DNA from: Vicugna vicugna
Taxonomy: Eukaryota
NCBI GenBank assembly: GCA_013265495.1
Contig: MU058205.1
Location: forward strand, 12,312-76,311
Direction: 5' to 3'
DNA: 64,000 nucleotides
Part shown: one piece after another, positions 12,640 through 24,930 of the stretch
Layout of the letters: each line of letters starts with the position of its first letter
Position numbering within the stretch: position 1 is the stretch's first letter
Made by a program: the position numbers and the translations under genes
Notes under the pieces: generated by a model
What the model saw: the letters and a program-made list of their open reading frames with translations, nothing else
Databases searched by the model: none
Told to the model about the DNA's origin: nothing

Positions 12640-13540
12640 GTTGATTGGAGATTTCAAGGGTGGCTTTCCAAAGGACCTGACAATTGAGCTGAAATCTGAA
12701 GGTCAAGTAACCCTTACTTAGGGGCGGAGGAGCGGGAAGAGGGCTCCAGCAAAAGAGGAAAGCCCTTGTGAAAGTTCTTTGCCAGGAGGGCTCATGACCG
12801 CGTTCGCTTTCGGTGACTGAGGGAAAGGCCCAATGTGTCTTGAGAACAGGAAGTGAGGAGGAGCGTGGTTCAAGAAGCAGGGAGGAGCCAGTCGTTCTGA
12901 GCATCTCAGCTGTGTTAGAGATTTGGGATTTTATGTAAGAGCTATGAGCTCCATGGAAGAATTGTAATTAGGAGGTGGGGTGTGAGAGATGGGTTTCATC
13001 AGATTGACATTGTGAACGATGACTCTTTCTTGTGCGGTGTGGAATGGAGGGTGCATGTAGGTGCTGGTCCATGAGGACCAGCAAGGTAGAGGGGCATTGG
13101 GATGACTGAGGCAAGAGCTGATGGAGATTTGGGGTTGGTGGCCGCAGTGGGCATGGACGAAAAAAGTCCTAGGTAGCAGGAAATCATGCAATCCCAGCGC
13201 AAACCAGTGGTACCAGCATAATTATTACTGGTTGTCTTTATACTCTAAAAAGTGTTCACATTTGAAAGCTAGATTATGCAGTGTCTCCGTACATGGCAGG
13301 AACAACAAGCCAGGTGTGGTGATAGAGTAGTTGTGGGGTAGGGAGACGACGTGTCCCAGATGACTCAGTTTCTGGCTTGCAAACCATGAGGGAAGTTGGT
13401 CCCATTGCTGAGCCACTGTGAACCACGGGTGAGGGACAGGTGGGGAGATACCATAAGATCAGACAGAAGATATACAGATCTGGAGCTCAGAGTGGCCGTC
13501 TGGCTGGCGATGGGATTTTATGAATGAGTTACTGACGTAT
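12640..13540 (+). mobile_element. L2 LINE fragment
   Basis: tgagctgaaatctgaagg, tctggagctcagag L2-like motifs. Confidence 0.5.
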
Positions 13541-13543
13541 TCA

Positions 13544-14371
13544 TGTAACTGAAACTGTGGTTGAGCCCAAGTCTGTGTGCCATGGGGTCAAACAAAACAA
13601 AGTGTGGGAGTTTGGGAGCAGAGAAAGGTTTTTTGCAGGGCTAAGCAAGGAGTCTGATCGGCTCATGCTCAAAAGACTCAAGCTCTCCAATGGTTTTTGG
13701 GGAAGAGTTTTTAATAGATAAAACTTAGGGGGAGGTCTGCAGAGTGTGGACCCCTCCTCTGGTTGGTTGGTGGTGAGGTGAATCTCAGGCATCGGCCTTC
13801 TGGTTTCAGCCGGTCTAGGGTCCTAGTGCTTGTGCTCAGCCTGAAGTCACTACCCTCCACCGGGTGGGGGCCCTGGTTCTGGTAGCAGAACTCAGAGAGA
13901 GGTATCAGATCATTATGTCACCTTTGTTTCTGCATTCCCTCACTCTGCCAATTAGTAACTACTTCAACCTGCCCTTTGGAACTCAGGGAAGGTCTAGGAG
14001 GCTGAAACCTTTTTCTTACAAACTGATTAAGACTGGATAGGACCACTGACCCTCCACCTGGGCATGTGCGGGTGTCCACTGGGCATCCTTTTTAAAACAC
14101 AGAACCCTGTAGCTGAGGTACCCCTTCTCAGATCCAGGATTATCGCACGTTTTCCCAATCATCTTTTCCCATGCTCCCCACACCTCACACCTACCTGCTT
14201 CTTTATTCTTTATCCCATAAATACCCCAGCCCCTGAGGAGGGCAGATTAAAGACTTCTCCTGTCTCCTTGCTTGGCTGTCTTGCAAATAAACCTTCTCTT
14301 TATCACAGACGTCACTGTCTCAGTGTCTGACTTGCTGTGCATCAGGCAAAAATGAACCTGTTTGTGTAACA
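13544..14371. mobile_element. Two partial ERV LTRs in opposite orientation
   Basis: Left part begins tgtaactgaa (reverse of an LTR 3' end); right part has cataaata, aataaa and ends gtgtaaca. Confidence 0.55.
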
Positions 14372-15585
14372 CTACAAGTGAGAAAGACAGTGACTAGAGA
14401 AAAGACCACAGGAAGAGATTAGGGAAAAGAAGGCTGGAAATGCAAGTTGGGAGCAAATCGAATGTCATTCTCAGGAGAGTCCACTTATTTCTGTCAAAAA
14501 TTAAAATGGAAATCCATGGGAAGTTCTGAGTTGAGGAGCAATGGGATAGTGTTCTGAGAATTTACTGAGGATTTGAGAGTTTTAGAAGATAATTAAAGTA
14601 TTCAGAGACTCAAGATATGACTGTGAATTCTAATTAAACATATTTTAAAAATCAAATTTAATGTTCTCAGCATGCATTCTAATTCAAAAAAAACGCTTGT
14701 TTCTTTTGTGAAACCCTTAATTAGCATTTGACATGTAAGAGCTGTTTCTGTATCTACTCCTTTCTTTTCAAGAGTTAATCTAGTGCAACTCTCAATTACT
14801 CCTCAGAGGTTATTATTAAAAGAGTCTTTAAATGGAAACACTTTAAAAACCAAGAAACTTAATACTTTCATCCTGATCAGAGTTTGTAGGATCAGAGCTT
14901 TTACATTTTGGTATCATATTGTATAAAGAGAAAATTGAACTATGATGAGAAAACACAATATAATTTAATGATCAAACTTCTGTATTATTCCACTGATCCC
15001 CAAATCTCACTTGCTTACAGCACTGTGTAGAGGTACCTAAATTTGAATTATGATTCTATGACTTCCTAGATTTAGAGGAATTAGTTGAATCTCTCTTATC
15101 CTCAAGTTTTTAATCAATAGAATAAAAATACTTTCTTCTGAGTTCCTGTGATGTTAAATGAGACAATATCTGTATAGTGCTTAATAGTCTGTAGTTAATT
15201 TGAATTCATTTTGCTAGTTAATATTACAACGCAGAATCTCTGTTTGGGATAATGAAAAATTTTGATTATAGTGGTGATGGTTGCAGAACATTATGAATGT
15301 ACTTCATGCCACTGAATTGTACACCTGAAATGGCTAACATGTTAGCTTTTTATGTTGTACATATATTTAGCAAAATGAAAACAAAAATATAATATACAGT
15401 TACATATTTGCAGTTTTTATTTAGCAGTGTATTTGTGAGTTTCAGTCTCAGAGCTCCAACGGAAGGTGTACTGCTACATTTATAACCTGACAGCTGTAAT
15501 GTTTAGTAACCCCAGCCATCCTGAGCACTTGTCCATTTTTAGCAGGTGGGGCTGTTGGAAGTTTGCAGCCCTCGACTTGTGAGAA

Positions 15586-15619
15586 TGGCGCCCTCTAATG
15601 GCTAGCATATGTCACTGAA
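15586..15619 (-). promoter_or_regulatory. CTCF-like motif with upstream motif
   Basis: Minus strand TTCAGTGAC-N6-TAGCCATTAGAGGGCGCCA resembles CTCF core plus U-motif. Confidence 0.55.
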
Positions 15620-15687
15620 ACTACCGCTGCAGTGTCAAAGATAGCATTCCGCAGTAGGATCTGCTTTCAAAAATTCTGAGTTCCTAG

Positions 15688-15819
15688 TTTTTTTTGGGGG
15701 GGGGGTTATTACGTTTATTTATTTCATTTATTTATTTCTTGGTGGGGGTACTGGGGATTGAACCCAGGACATCATGCATGCTGAGCAGGCACTCTACCAC
15801 TTAGCTGTATCCTCCCCTC
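15688..15819 (-). mobile_element. Vic-1-like SINE
   Basis: Reverse B box ggattgaaccc; TSD-like agttcctagttttt / agttcctaattttt. Confidence 0.85.
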
Positions 15820-15995
15820 AACAAGTTCCTAATTTTTTAAGCCTTGATAATCAGAATTTAAAAAAAGATGAATTTAAGAAATGATAGTGAGCTGACTAGT
15901 AAAAGAGACTGTACATAGTTCATTTTCTATTATTTAAATGAGCCACCGTTTGCTCTTCAGGAAGTAGGGATGCACAGGAGAGGGGAAATCCACAG

Positions 15996-15997
<2 letters not shown>

Positions 15998-16029
<32 letters not shown>
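15998..16029. repeat. (GT)n microsatellite
   Basis: About 16 uninterrupted units. Confidence 0.95.
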
Positions 16030-16031
<2 letters not shown>

Positions 16032-16149
16032 TGCGGGGCATGCTCTCTGGCACTGTGGACCTAGATTTGAAGGAGGACATGACTTAAATCAGTTACTAGT
16101 AAACGTTTGGTTGTGAGGGAAGCTAAACTTACTGTGAGGATTCAGGCTG

Positions 16150-16812
16150 TAAAAAAAAAAAGATGGCTTTTTATAGAGCAGTTTTATGTTCTCAGCAAAA
16201 TTGAGCAGAAAATACAGAGTTCCAGTATTCCCTCTGCCCCATACAGGTGCAGCTGCCCCGGCTTTCAACCGCCCCCTACCACCAGGTGGGGACATTTGTT
16301 AACAACTGATGAACCAGCCCTTACACATCATCATCCCCTAAGTCCACAGTTTACATTACATTCATTCTTGGTGTTGAACAGTCTATGGATTGCTAAGTGT
16401 ATAATGGCATGTATCCACCGTTACAGCATCATATAGAATAGTTTCCCTGCTCTAACATCCTCTGTGCTCTGCCTGTTCATCCCTTCCTCCCCTTAACCCC
16501 TGGTAACCACTGCTCTTTTTACTGCCCCTGCAGTTTTGCCTTTTCTGGAATGAGATATAGTTGGAATCATACAGTATGTGGCCTTTCCAGACTGACTTCT
16601 TCTAATATGCACCAAAGTTTTCTCCATGTCTTTTCATGGCTCGGTAGCTCATTTCTTTTTAGTGTTGGATAGTATTCTCCTGTCTGGATGTGCCAGTTTA
16701 TTTATCCATTCACCTACTGAAAGACGCCTTGGCTGCTTCCAAATCTTGGCAATTATGAATAAAGCTGCTGTAAACATCCACGTGCAGGTTTTTGTGTAGA
16801 CATAAGGTTTCC
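16150..16812 (-). mobile_element. L1MB/MC-type 3' end
   Basis: atagttggaatcatacagtatgtggcctttccagactg...aattatgaataaagctgctgtaaacatc. Confidence 0.75.
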
Positions 16813-17378
16813 AGGCAATACTCCTTTATCTTTAGTTCTCAGTATCTGAGAACAATGGCTGTAAAACTGGACCCAAGCGGTACAGCTATAAACTTAGTTC
16901 CTGCTATGCCTCCTCACCAAGGCAACCACCCCAAATGCTAGCAAAGTCAATACAAAGGTAAAAGAACCTTAGAGGAAGTATTTAATCAAATCATCCAGAG
17001 TTCAGTGTACTTGGGAATGATTAGACTATGTGTATGCATTCAGTACAGATTAAATGCAATCACAATCCTCCTTTTGATTTCATGAGGCCTTCAAACGTGC
17101 CATGGTTGCTTTTAATCATAAAAAGTTTAGGCTGTAATTATGGAAGAGTGATGTATAGATGGCTTACACAAGCACTATTAGAAAGGTTACTACACCTGGG
17201 CCATGTGATGATGCCCAAGACATGCTTAATTTAGATCCTGGTGACAAATGGACACTGAAGACCCGACAGTAGTAGATTAGTAGAATTAAAGCCCACTCAA
17301 TTGAAGAAGAACACTGAATGTGTATTTCAGTGAAATATACAGATTCTTTTAAAACATTATCCTACAGTGGTCATTATT

Positions 17379-17823
17379 TTATTTTATTTTTTAGAGAATC
17401 ATAAAGTGCTTTTAAATTTTTTATTTCCTTTCAAGTTTGTGGTTTTTAAAAAATTGAGTTATGTTGGTCTATAGCATTATAAAGCCTTCATGAGTGCAAC
17501 ATTATAATTCAACTTCTGTGTACACTACAGCATGCTCATTGCCAAAATTTAGTTTCTACCTGGCACCATACAGTTCATCCCTTTTAACCATTTTTCCTTA
17601 CCCTGCTCTTCCCACTCTGGTAACCACCAACTGTTCTCTGTATCTGTGGCTTGTTTTTATTTTGTTTGTTCTTTATTATTATTTATAAAATATTACATAT
17701 ATGAGTGAAATCATGCAGTATTTGTCTTTCCTCCATCTGACTTATTTCATATAGCATAATACCCTTAAGATCCACCCATATTGTCACAAATGGCAATATT
17801 TCATTTTTTATGGCTGAATAATA

Positions 17824-17863
<40 letters not shown>

Positions 17864-19959
17864 ACACACCACATCTTCATTATCCATTCATCCACTGATG
17901 GACACAAGTTGCTTCAACATCTTGCTATTGTGAATAGCACTGTGATGAACATGGGGTCTATATATCTTTTAGAATTAGTGTTATGTATTTTTTGATAAAT
18001 ACTCAGAACTGGAATTGCTAGATCATTTGGTAGTTCCGTTTTAATTATTTGAGGAATCTCCATCATGTTTTCCACAGTGGCTGCGTCAATTTATATTCCC
18101 ACCAACAGTGCATAAGGGTTCCCTTTTCTTCACATTCTTGCCAACACATGTTATTTGTTGTCTTTTTGATGATAGTCATTCCAACAGGAGTGAGGTGATA
18201 TATCAGGTGGTTTGAATTGCATTTTCCTGATGACTAGTGATGCTGAGCATCTTTTCATGTGTCTGTTGGACATCTTTAGGTCTTCTTTGGAAAAATGTCT
18301 ATCAGATCCTCTGCCCTTTGTAAAATCAGGTGGTTTTTTTTGGTTGTTGTTGAGTTCTATAAGCTGTTTATATATTTTGAATATTAACCCTTTGTCAGAT
18401 ATATGAGTTGCAAATATCTTTTCCCATTTGGTTGGTTGTCTTTTCATTTTGTTGATGGTTTACTTTGCTGTGCAAAAGCTTTTTTAATTTGACGTAGTCT
18501 CATTTGTTTATTTTTACTTCTGTTTCCCTTGCCTGAGGAGACATATCCAGGAAGATATTGCGAAGACCAGTGTCAGTGAATTATACTGCCTATGTTTTCT
18601 TTTAGAAGTTTTATGGTTTTTGGTTTTACATTCAAGTCTTCAATCCATTTTGAGTTAATTTTGTATATGGTGTAAGATAGTGATCTAATTTTCATTCTTT
18701 TGCATGTGACTGTCCAGTTTCCCAACACCATTTATTGAAGAGACATTTCTTTTCTCCATTGTATGTTCTTTGCGCCTTTGTCATAAATAAACTGTTCATA
18801 TAAATGGATTTATTTCTGGGCTCTCAATTCTGTTCCATTGATCTGTGTGTCTGTTTTCCTGCCAATACCAAGCTGTTTTGCTTCTGCCTTGTAGTATAAT
18901 TTGAAATCAGGGAGTGCATTCTTCATCTTGTTTATTGAGTTCTTCAGCTTTAGAATTTCTGTTTGGTTCCTTTTAGAGTTTCAGTCTCTTTGTTCAAAGC
19001 ATTCCTTCTGCTCATTAATTTTATTCCTGAGAGCACTGAACGTCCTTTCTGAATTTTCTTATAGCTTGTTAAGTTTCTTCAGGCCAGCTATTTTGAATTC
19101 TCTTACCAGTTAGATCACAAACTTCTATGGCTTTAAGTTTGGTTTTCAGAGAATTTTCATTTGTTTTTTGTGATATTGTGGTACCATGGTTTTTCATGGT
19201 GATTGATGAGTTACTCCTCTGTCGATGCATTTGAAGCAGACAACATCTTTCCTATTTAGGGTTTCTTTCTTTTTTTTTTTTTTTAATACTGATTGTCAAA
19301 ATTCAACAGATTCGTAATTAGAGATCTTCCTTTTGTTTTCCCGTAGGGGGCGCTGTAGCACAAGTGTTTGGTTTCTCTATCTGCGCTGCCTCTGGCTGTG
19401 CCTGAGAACTGCCACAGTCCGCCGCTCACGCCTCTGCCAGAGGTGCTGCAGGTGCCCGCCTTGTGGCTGCTTGTGCGTCCAGGGTCGCTGGTGCCTTGCT
19501 GCTGCCCGTGTCGCTGCTGTCACTGGTACTGCTGCAGAGGGCACTGGGATGGCCGGTGTCTGCCATGTTTGGGGTGCTGGGGTCACAGTCACCACCACAG
19601 CATTGGGGAGTGGGAGAGACGCCTTCGCCATGGATTGGGGACTGGGTTCACAGGTGCTGCTGAAGCTGGAGGGACTCTGGTTGTGGGCTGTGTCGTCACC
19701 ACTGCCCAGTTCCCTGGGGACGTTGGTGCCACTGTGGCTGGGGTCAGGGGTGGTGGGCACCACCTCCGTTTTCCCCCTGGTTCTGCCTCCTCTGTGTGTT
19801 CCAGTCCACCCGCCTTCAGATGTACAGATGTGATGTGTGAAACTCTCCAGTGTCCTGGTGTGTCGGACAGGGGCACCTTTGTTATACTTTACTAGTTGTG
19901 GATTGAAGGGGAGAGACAAAGGAAGCTTCTCATGCAGCCATGATGCTGACGTCATTGTC
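17379..19959 (-). mobile_element. L1 with both ends but a large internal deletion
   Basis: ORF2 C-terminal peptide MKRQPTKWEKIFATHISDKGL (18151-18447); ORF1/5' UTR-like from ~18915; TSD acaRtggtcattatt at 17364-17378 and 19960-19974. Confidence 0.75.
19338..19356 (+). promoter_or_regulatory. CTCF-like motif within the L1 5' region
   Basis: TTCCCGTAGGGGGCGCTG. Confidence 0.5.
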
Positions 19960-20581
19960 ACAATGGTCATTATTAAAAGTTAAAAATTTTTTTAAACTAC
20001 TCAAAGGCTTTATGAAATATTTCATTTTCTAATTATCCACATGTTATTCTTATTGGCTGCCATGTTATTAGCTACCATGGCCTGTTCTCAGCTCTGCCCC
20101 AGGTCAAACATCACAGAAGACCCTGCCTTTCCCCTGCCCCTCCTTCTCCTCCCCCATAACTAATGAAGAATCTGCCTGGATACAGAGATGAAAGATTTTG
20201 GTTTCTCGTTAGAGTTTTTGCTTTCTTGTGTTACAGACGTTCTCTGTTTTGTTTTGTTTCCCAGTGATTCTGAAATCAGTGTTTACAACATTAGTTGATG
20301 TGCCCTGACTTAAGAAAACCTATCTGTAAAAATCAAATCTTCAAAAGAAAACCAATTAGAGGCAGAGAATTTATATAACAAAAGAGTGTTGTTAAAGTTT
20401 TCATTGAACTTTAAATATCAAGTTCTTTAAAATATCAGGCTCTCCTAATGTAATACATAATCGAATTTACAAAAATTGGATTCATAGGAACTTTGCGGGA
20501 ACACCCACAGCACATGTCCAGCAAGTGCCCCACATTATTCATGTAGGTCTCACTCAGTGTCCAGTAAGGACAGTCCAGGCC

Positions 20582-20690
20582 TTTTTAAATTTTTTATAGG
20601 TTATTATTTTTTTAAGGGACATACTGGGGATTGAACCCAGGACCTCAGGCATGCTAGGCACGTGCTCTACCCCTGCGCTACCCCCTCCCG
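20582..20690 (-). mobile_element. Vic-1-like SINE
   Basis: ggggattgaacccaggacctc; TSD-like ccRggccttttt. Confidence 0.8.
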
Positions 20691-21119
20691 CCGGGCCTTT
20701 TTAAATAAGAAAATTCAATAAGATACACAGTCATTCTCTCCAGTAATAATAAAGCCTATGGGTTATTAATCCGTGCCTTAATTACAGAAAGAAAACAATA
20801 AATCAAAGCTTTTCAATAAAGAGAGCCATTATGAAAATAGGTGTAAGTGAAGGTGTTTCTATTTACAATTTGTGTTCACACCTGACTCGGGTTACATGGG
20901 GCAGCAGTGCCATCAACAGTAGGTTTCCAGGCTGGTAAATCTAAAGCACCTCGGAGTGCCAATTTGATCTGATTCCCAGATAGGATTTAATTGGTTTGAA
21001 GTGCAGGAAAGGAAAATATGAAAAGACATCAAAAGAAAAGACACTGACACCCGGTTCAACTACATCGTTAACTTGAAGCTAATTGACAACTGTGTAGCTA
21101 AACAAAGATGATTTTAAAA

Positions 21120-21600
21120 TATTTATTTTTTATTGAGATGTAATTGACATCTAACATTGTATTACTTTCAGATGTATCACATAATGATCTGAGAAATGAT
21201 CACCACAGTAAACCTAGTTAACATCCCTCACCGTACATAGTTGGATTTTCTTTTCTTTCTTCCTTAAATGGAGGCACTGGCGATGGAACCCAGGACCTTG
21301 TGCAGGCTAAGCATGTGCTCTACTGCTGAGCTATACCCACCCCCCAACCATACACAGTTACAAAAATTTTTTTTCTTGTGGTGAGAACTTTTAAGATCTA
21401 TTCTCTTAGCAACTTTCAAATATGCAACACAGCATCATTAACTATAACTGCCATGCTGTACATTAGCTCCCTGGGACTTATTTATTTTATAGCTGGCAGT
21501 TAGTACCTTTTGACCACCTTCACCTATTTCACTCGCCCTCCATCTCCAACTCTAGCAACCACCAATCTGTTTTCTGTATCCGTGAGCTTATTTAAAAAAA
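21120..21600 (-). mobile_element. L1MA-type 3' end with nested Vic-1-like SINE (~21246-21345)
   Basis: tattctcttagcaactttcaaatatgc L1 tail motif; SINE core gaacccaggaccttgtgca. Confidence 0.7.
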
Positions 21601-21609
21601 GATATTCCA

Positions 21610-21783
21610 GTGAGGGAGGGTAGAGCTCAGTGGTAGAGTGTGTGCTTAACATACACGAGGTCCTGGGTTCAACCCCCAGTCCCTCCATTAAAATAAATAA
21701 TAAATAAATAAACCTAATCACCTCCTCCTCAAAGCAAAAACAAAAAAAAGTAAGAATAAAATACACAAATTAAAAAAAAAAAT
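21610..21783 (+). mobile_element. Vic-1-like SINE
   Basis: A box tagagctcagtggtagag, B box ggttcaaccc, A-rich tail. Confidence 0.9.
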
Positions 21784-22255
21784 TCCACGTATACGTGAGT
21801 TCATTAAAGATGATTTTAAAGTTAACATGACCTATTAAGGTAATCTTTTTTCCTCCAAGGATTGGTGATGATTAAATGAAATGAAAACATTAGAATAACA
21901 GGATTTTAAAGCCAGAAGGAAAGTTCGAATGTCTGCCCCACGTATGTCTGTGCTCCACAAATCAGTTTAGGCAAGATCATAAATCTGCTCCTTGCCTGAC
22001 CGTATCTCAGAATTTACAGTTTAGTGGTTTTTTCCATTGCTCCACACCCATTTCAGATTGCCCAGGACAGACATTTCCTTCCAGAAAGTGTGTACTCAGC
22101 TATGGTTTCGGCTGGGAGTCAGGCCACCTCTCCTTGTGGGGCAGGGCTGCTCCCCTTTGCATACGTGGGTTCCAGCAGCTGAGAGCAAGCTGTTACAACT
22201 AGTTTCTGCAGTAACTAGGCCAAGATTTCTGGACCTGTATGTGGACTAGGGACCG

Positions 22256-22406
22256 TTTTTTTTTTTTTAAATTTATTCATTTTTAGGTGGGGAGGGAGAT
22301 AATTAGGTTTATTTATTTATTTATTTTTTAGAGGAGATACGGATTGAACCCAGGACCTCGTGCATGCTAAGAATGCACTCTACCACTTGAGCTACACCCT
22401 CTCCCC
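22256..22406 (-). mobile_element. Vic-1-like SINE
   Basis: Matching TSD ctagggaccgtttt on both sides. Confidence 0.9.
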
Positions 22407-23739
22407 TAGGGACCGTTTTATTACTGATCTGTCTCACAATTAGGGTAGTGGCTTGTTTTTGTCATACTTGCTAAGGGCAGCATTATGATAATTATGTTGT
22501 GCCTCGGTTTCTCAAGATTTGTATAGAAGCAATGGGAGTAGTAAAAGTTGTTATAAATAAAAACAAGGGTGCAGGAACTATATTCAATATCTTGTAGTAA
22601 CCTTTAATGGAAAAGGGTATGAAAACGAATTTATGCATGTATGTGCATGACTGAATCACTATGCTGTACACCAGAAACGGACACAACATTGTAAACTGAC
22701 TATATTTCAATTCACAAAAAAAAAGCAAGGGAATGTGGCAAGAGCAGGCATTTGGAATTTAAGAAAATAAAATAATAGGCTTGTTTTGAAAAAGCTAACA
22801 GTGGTTTTATTAAAGGTTGCAATTTGGGTTCACGTTTTCCCCTGCTTTTCTTTATTTTTCAAAATTTCTGCATTTCATATATTTTATATAAAAACTAAAC
22901 AGACATATTTTTACAAACATGATCCCTTAGAAACCTTTACTCTGAGGCTGATTCACCTCTAAGGAAATTAACTTGTGCTCAGCAGAGGCTTCCAAGTATG
23001 AGATCCTGAGTCTTTTTTTTTTTCTCCCTATTTCTTATTCATTAGCAGAAGAATTAAACTGAAAGAAAATTTCTATAAAGTGTTTTTTTTCCCCTAACGA
23101 GTGGCATTAATGATGAAGTTAATAAGCAAAGGAAGTTGGCAAGTAAGAACTAATTACTCTAAAGAAATCAAGAGAGAGCATAAATCCCCTTGAAGGTTTA
23201 ATTCTGTGTTTTACGTCGTCCTGGCATCCATATTCCTACCAAATCTGACTGATGCTGTGATGATCCCCAGCTGCCTCAGGATCATGGTGCCAGCCCTTAG
23301 AACCATCGGGATCACTAGAAATGCAGCCCAGTTCGATGCAATAAAAATAAGCCTCCTGACAGTCTCCCGCATGCTGGACACTCTATGCTCTTGTCTTTCA
23401 AAAGGCAGGGTAGCTGTGATCAAATCTGTTGAAAACAGAGATGTGTCGGCAACTTCGTATTTACTGTAGGACTCCATCCTCCCCCAGGAAAAGCAGGTTG
23501 CGTATCCTGACAGTGAATTTTATCTTGTGTAAGGAATAAACCCCTCGACTTTCTTTCCCCTGGTTTCTTTTTCTACAGAGAGAAAGGCGTGGCTTTCTGG
23601 CCAGCCTGGCCTCTGGAGCTACCCCAGGGAGCAGAGGGGACGTGTGCTTTGGGTTATCAGGGCCAGGTTGGGCAGCTGTTTGCTTGGTTGGCCAACAGCT
23701 GGCAAGGCTAGGATGCCAAGACTTCCCAGCACGGTAAGA

Positions 23740-23950
23740 GGAAGAAACCTTCAGGATGGGGAGATAGTAGTGCTGGAATTGGTTTATCATGTAGAGCTCT
23801 GTTCTTACCACATCCCTCCGGGGGCCAGAGGACACCCCTTCACTAAGATGTCGAGAAATTCGTCAGTGAGGGAGGCACCAGCTTCCTTGAGGAGCTCTGT
23901 AGTTGCTATCCTCTGGGACCAGGATTGATGGGAGATGCTGCCACTGAGAT
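23740..23950 (+). mobile_element. ERV-L gag fragment (decayed)
   Basis: Translation G-P-E-D-T-PFTKMSRNSSVREAPASLRSSVVAIL (across a frameshift) matches the recalled ERVL gag motif GPEDTPFT...LVRGAPASLKSSVVA. Confidence 0.7.
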
Positions 23951-24559
23951 GTGCAGAGACGAGGCAGGACCCTAAGGAGGAGGCAGAGTCTGAGGAGGGA
24001 GGTAGGATCCCAGTGTTACGGAAACCCAGCAGCGTCATGCAACCAGCAAAAGACCCATTGGGCAGATGACTTTTATGGATAATTGGGACAAAGTAGCAAT
24101 CAGAGTATTTTGAACCACAGGATGTTTTGAGTGCAGCTCACAGGTCACAATATCCTTAGCAAAAAATAGGTGGGCAATCTACACTTACTCTATAGGACAG
24201 CAACAATTCCAGGTCATTTTAAAAATTACTATTGTAATACTCCCTTTTTATGAAACGTGGACCGTAGGCAAAAGCACAGGGACAAAAAGTAGGTGAGTTT
24301 CTGCCTTGTGCTGGGGGGATGGGGTGGCGTGGGGGATTATGGCTAAGTGGGTGCTGGGTTCCTTTTTGTGATTATGAAAATGTACTAAGTTGACTGTGGT
24401 GACGATGCGTAACTCTGAATATACTAGAAGCCGCTGAATGGTAGACTTCACGTGGCTCAGCTGTATGCTATGAGGATTGTCTCTCAAACAAAGGAAATGG
24501 TCTAAACGGAGGACTCGGATTAGGAGGATCGATCATTTTACGGACAAGCAGGCTTCCCT

Positions 24560-24930
24560 TTGCAGATACGTGTACATTGTTGCATAGGGCTGAAGAAACC
24601 AGAAGGAAGGCCTGCAGAAGAGCCCTGGATGAGGGCCCGACGCCAGTACTCCACGCCTGGGACCCGCGGCGCCCGGAACCCCGCCCCCTGGGGACAGGCT
24701 GGAGGCAAACCCCGCCGTCCGCCGCCGCTGGCTTGCGACTGGGCCGTCTGCGCGCCGCTCGGCCCTCTGGCCGGGCGTGGTCCTCGCCCGATCGAGAAGG
24801 AGAGCCCGTCCTGATCCAGGTCCAACCGCATTCCCTTGCGCCTAGAAGTGGCTGCAGCCCCTGTCCCCGCCCCTGATCTGGGCACGTCACCCTGATCCTG
24901 CAGCTCCTGACGCTCCTCCCCTTACGCTCA
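24560..24930. promoter_or_regulatory. Small orphan CpG island / candidate promoter
   Basis: Dense CpG in AT-rich surroundings; CCCCGCCCC GC boxes near 24678 and 24865; CACGTCAC near 24883. Confidence 0.5.

Noticed and set aside
19333..19970. Cluster of 166-197 aa ORFs
   Set aside because: Fall in the GC-rich L1 5' UTR; low-complexity products
21610..21690. tRNA-like sequences with A and B boxes (also other copies)
   Set aside because: SINE heads with A-rich tails and TSDs, not intact tRNA cloverleaves
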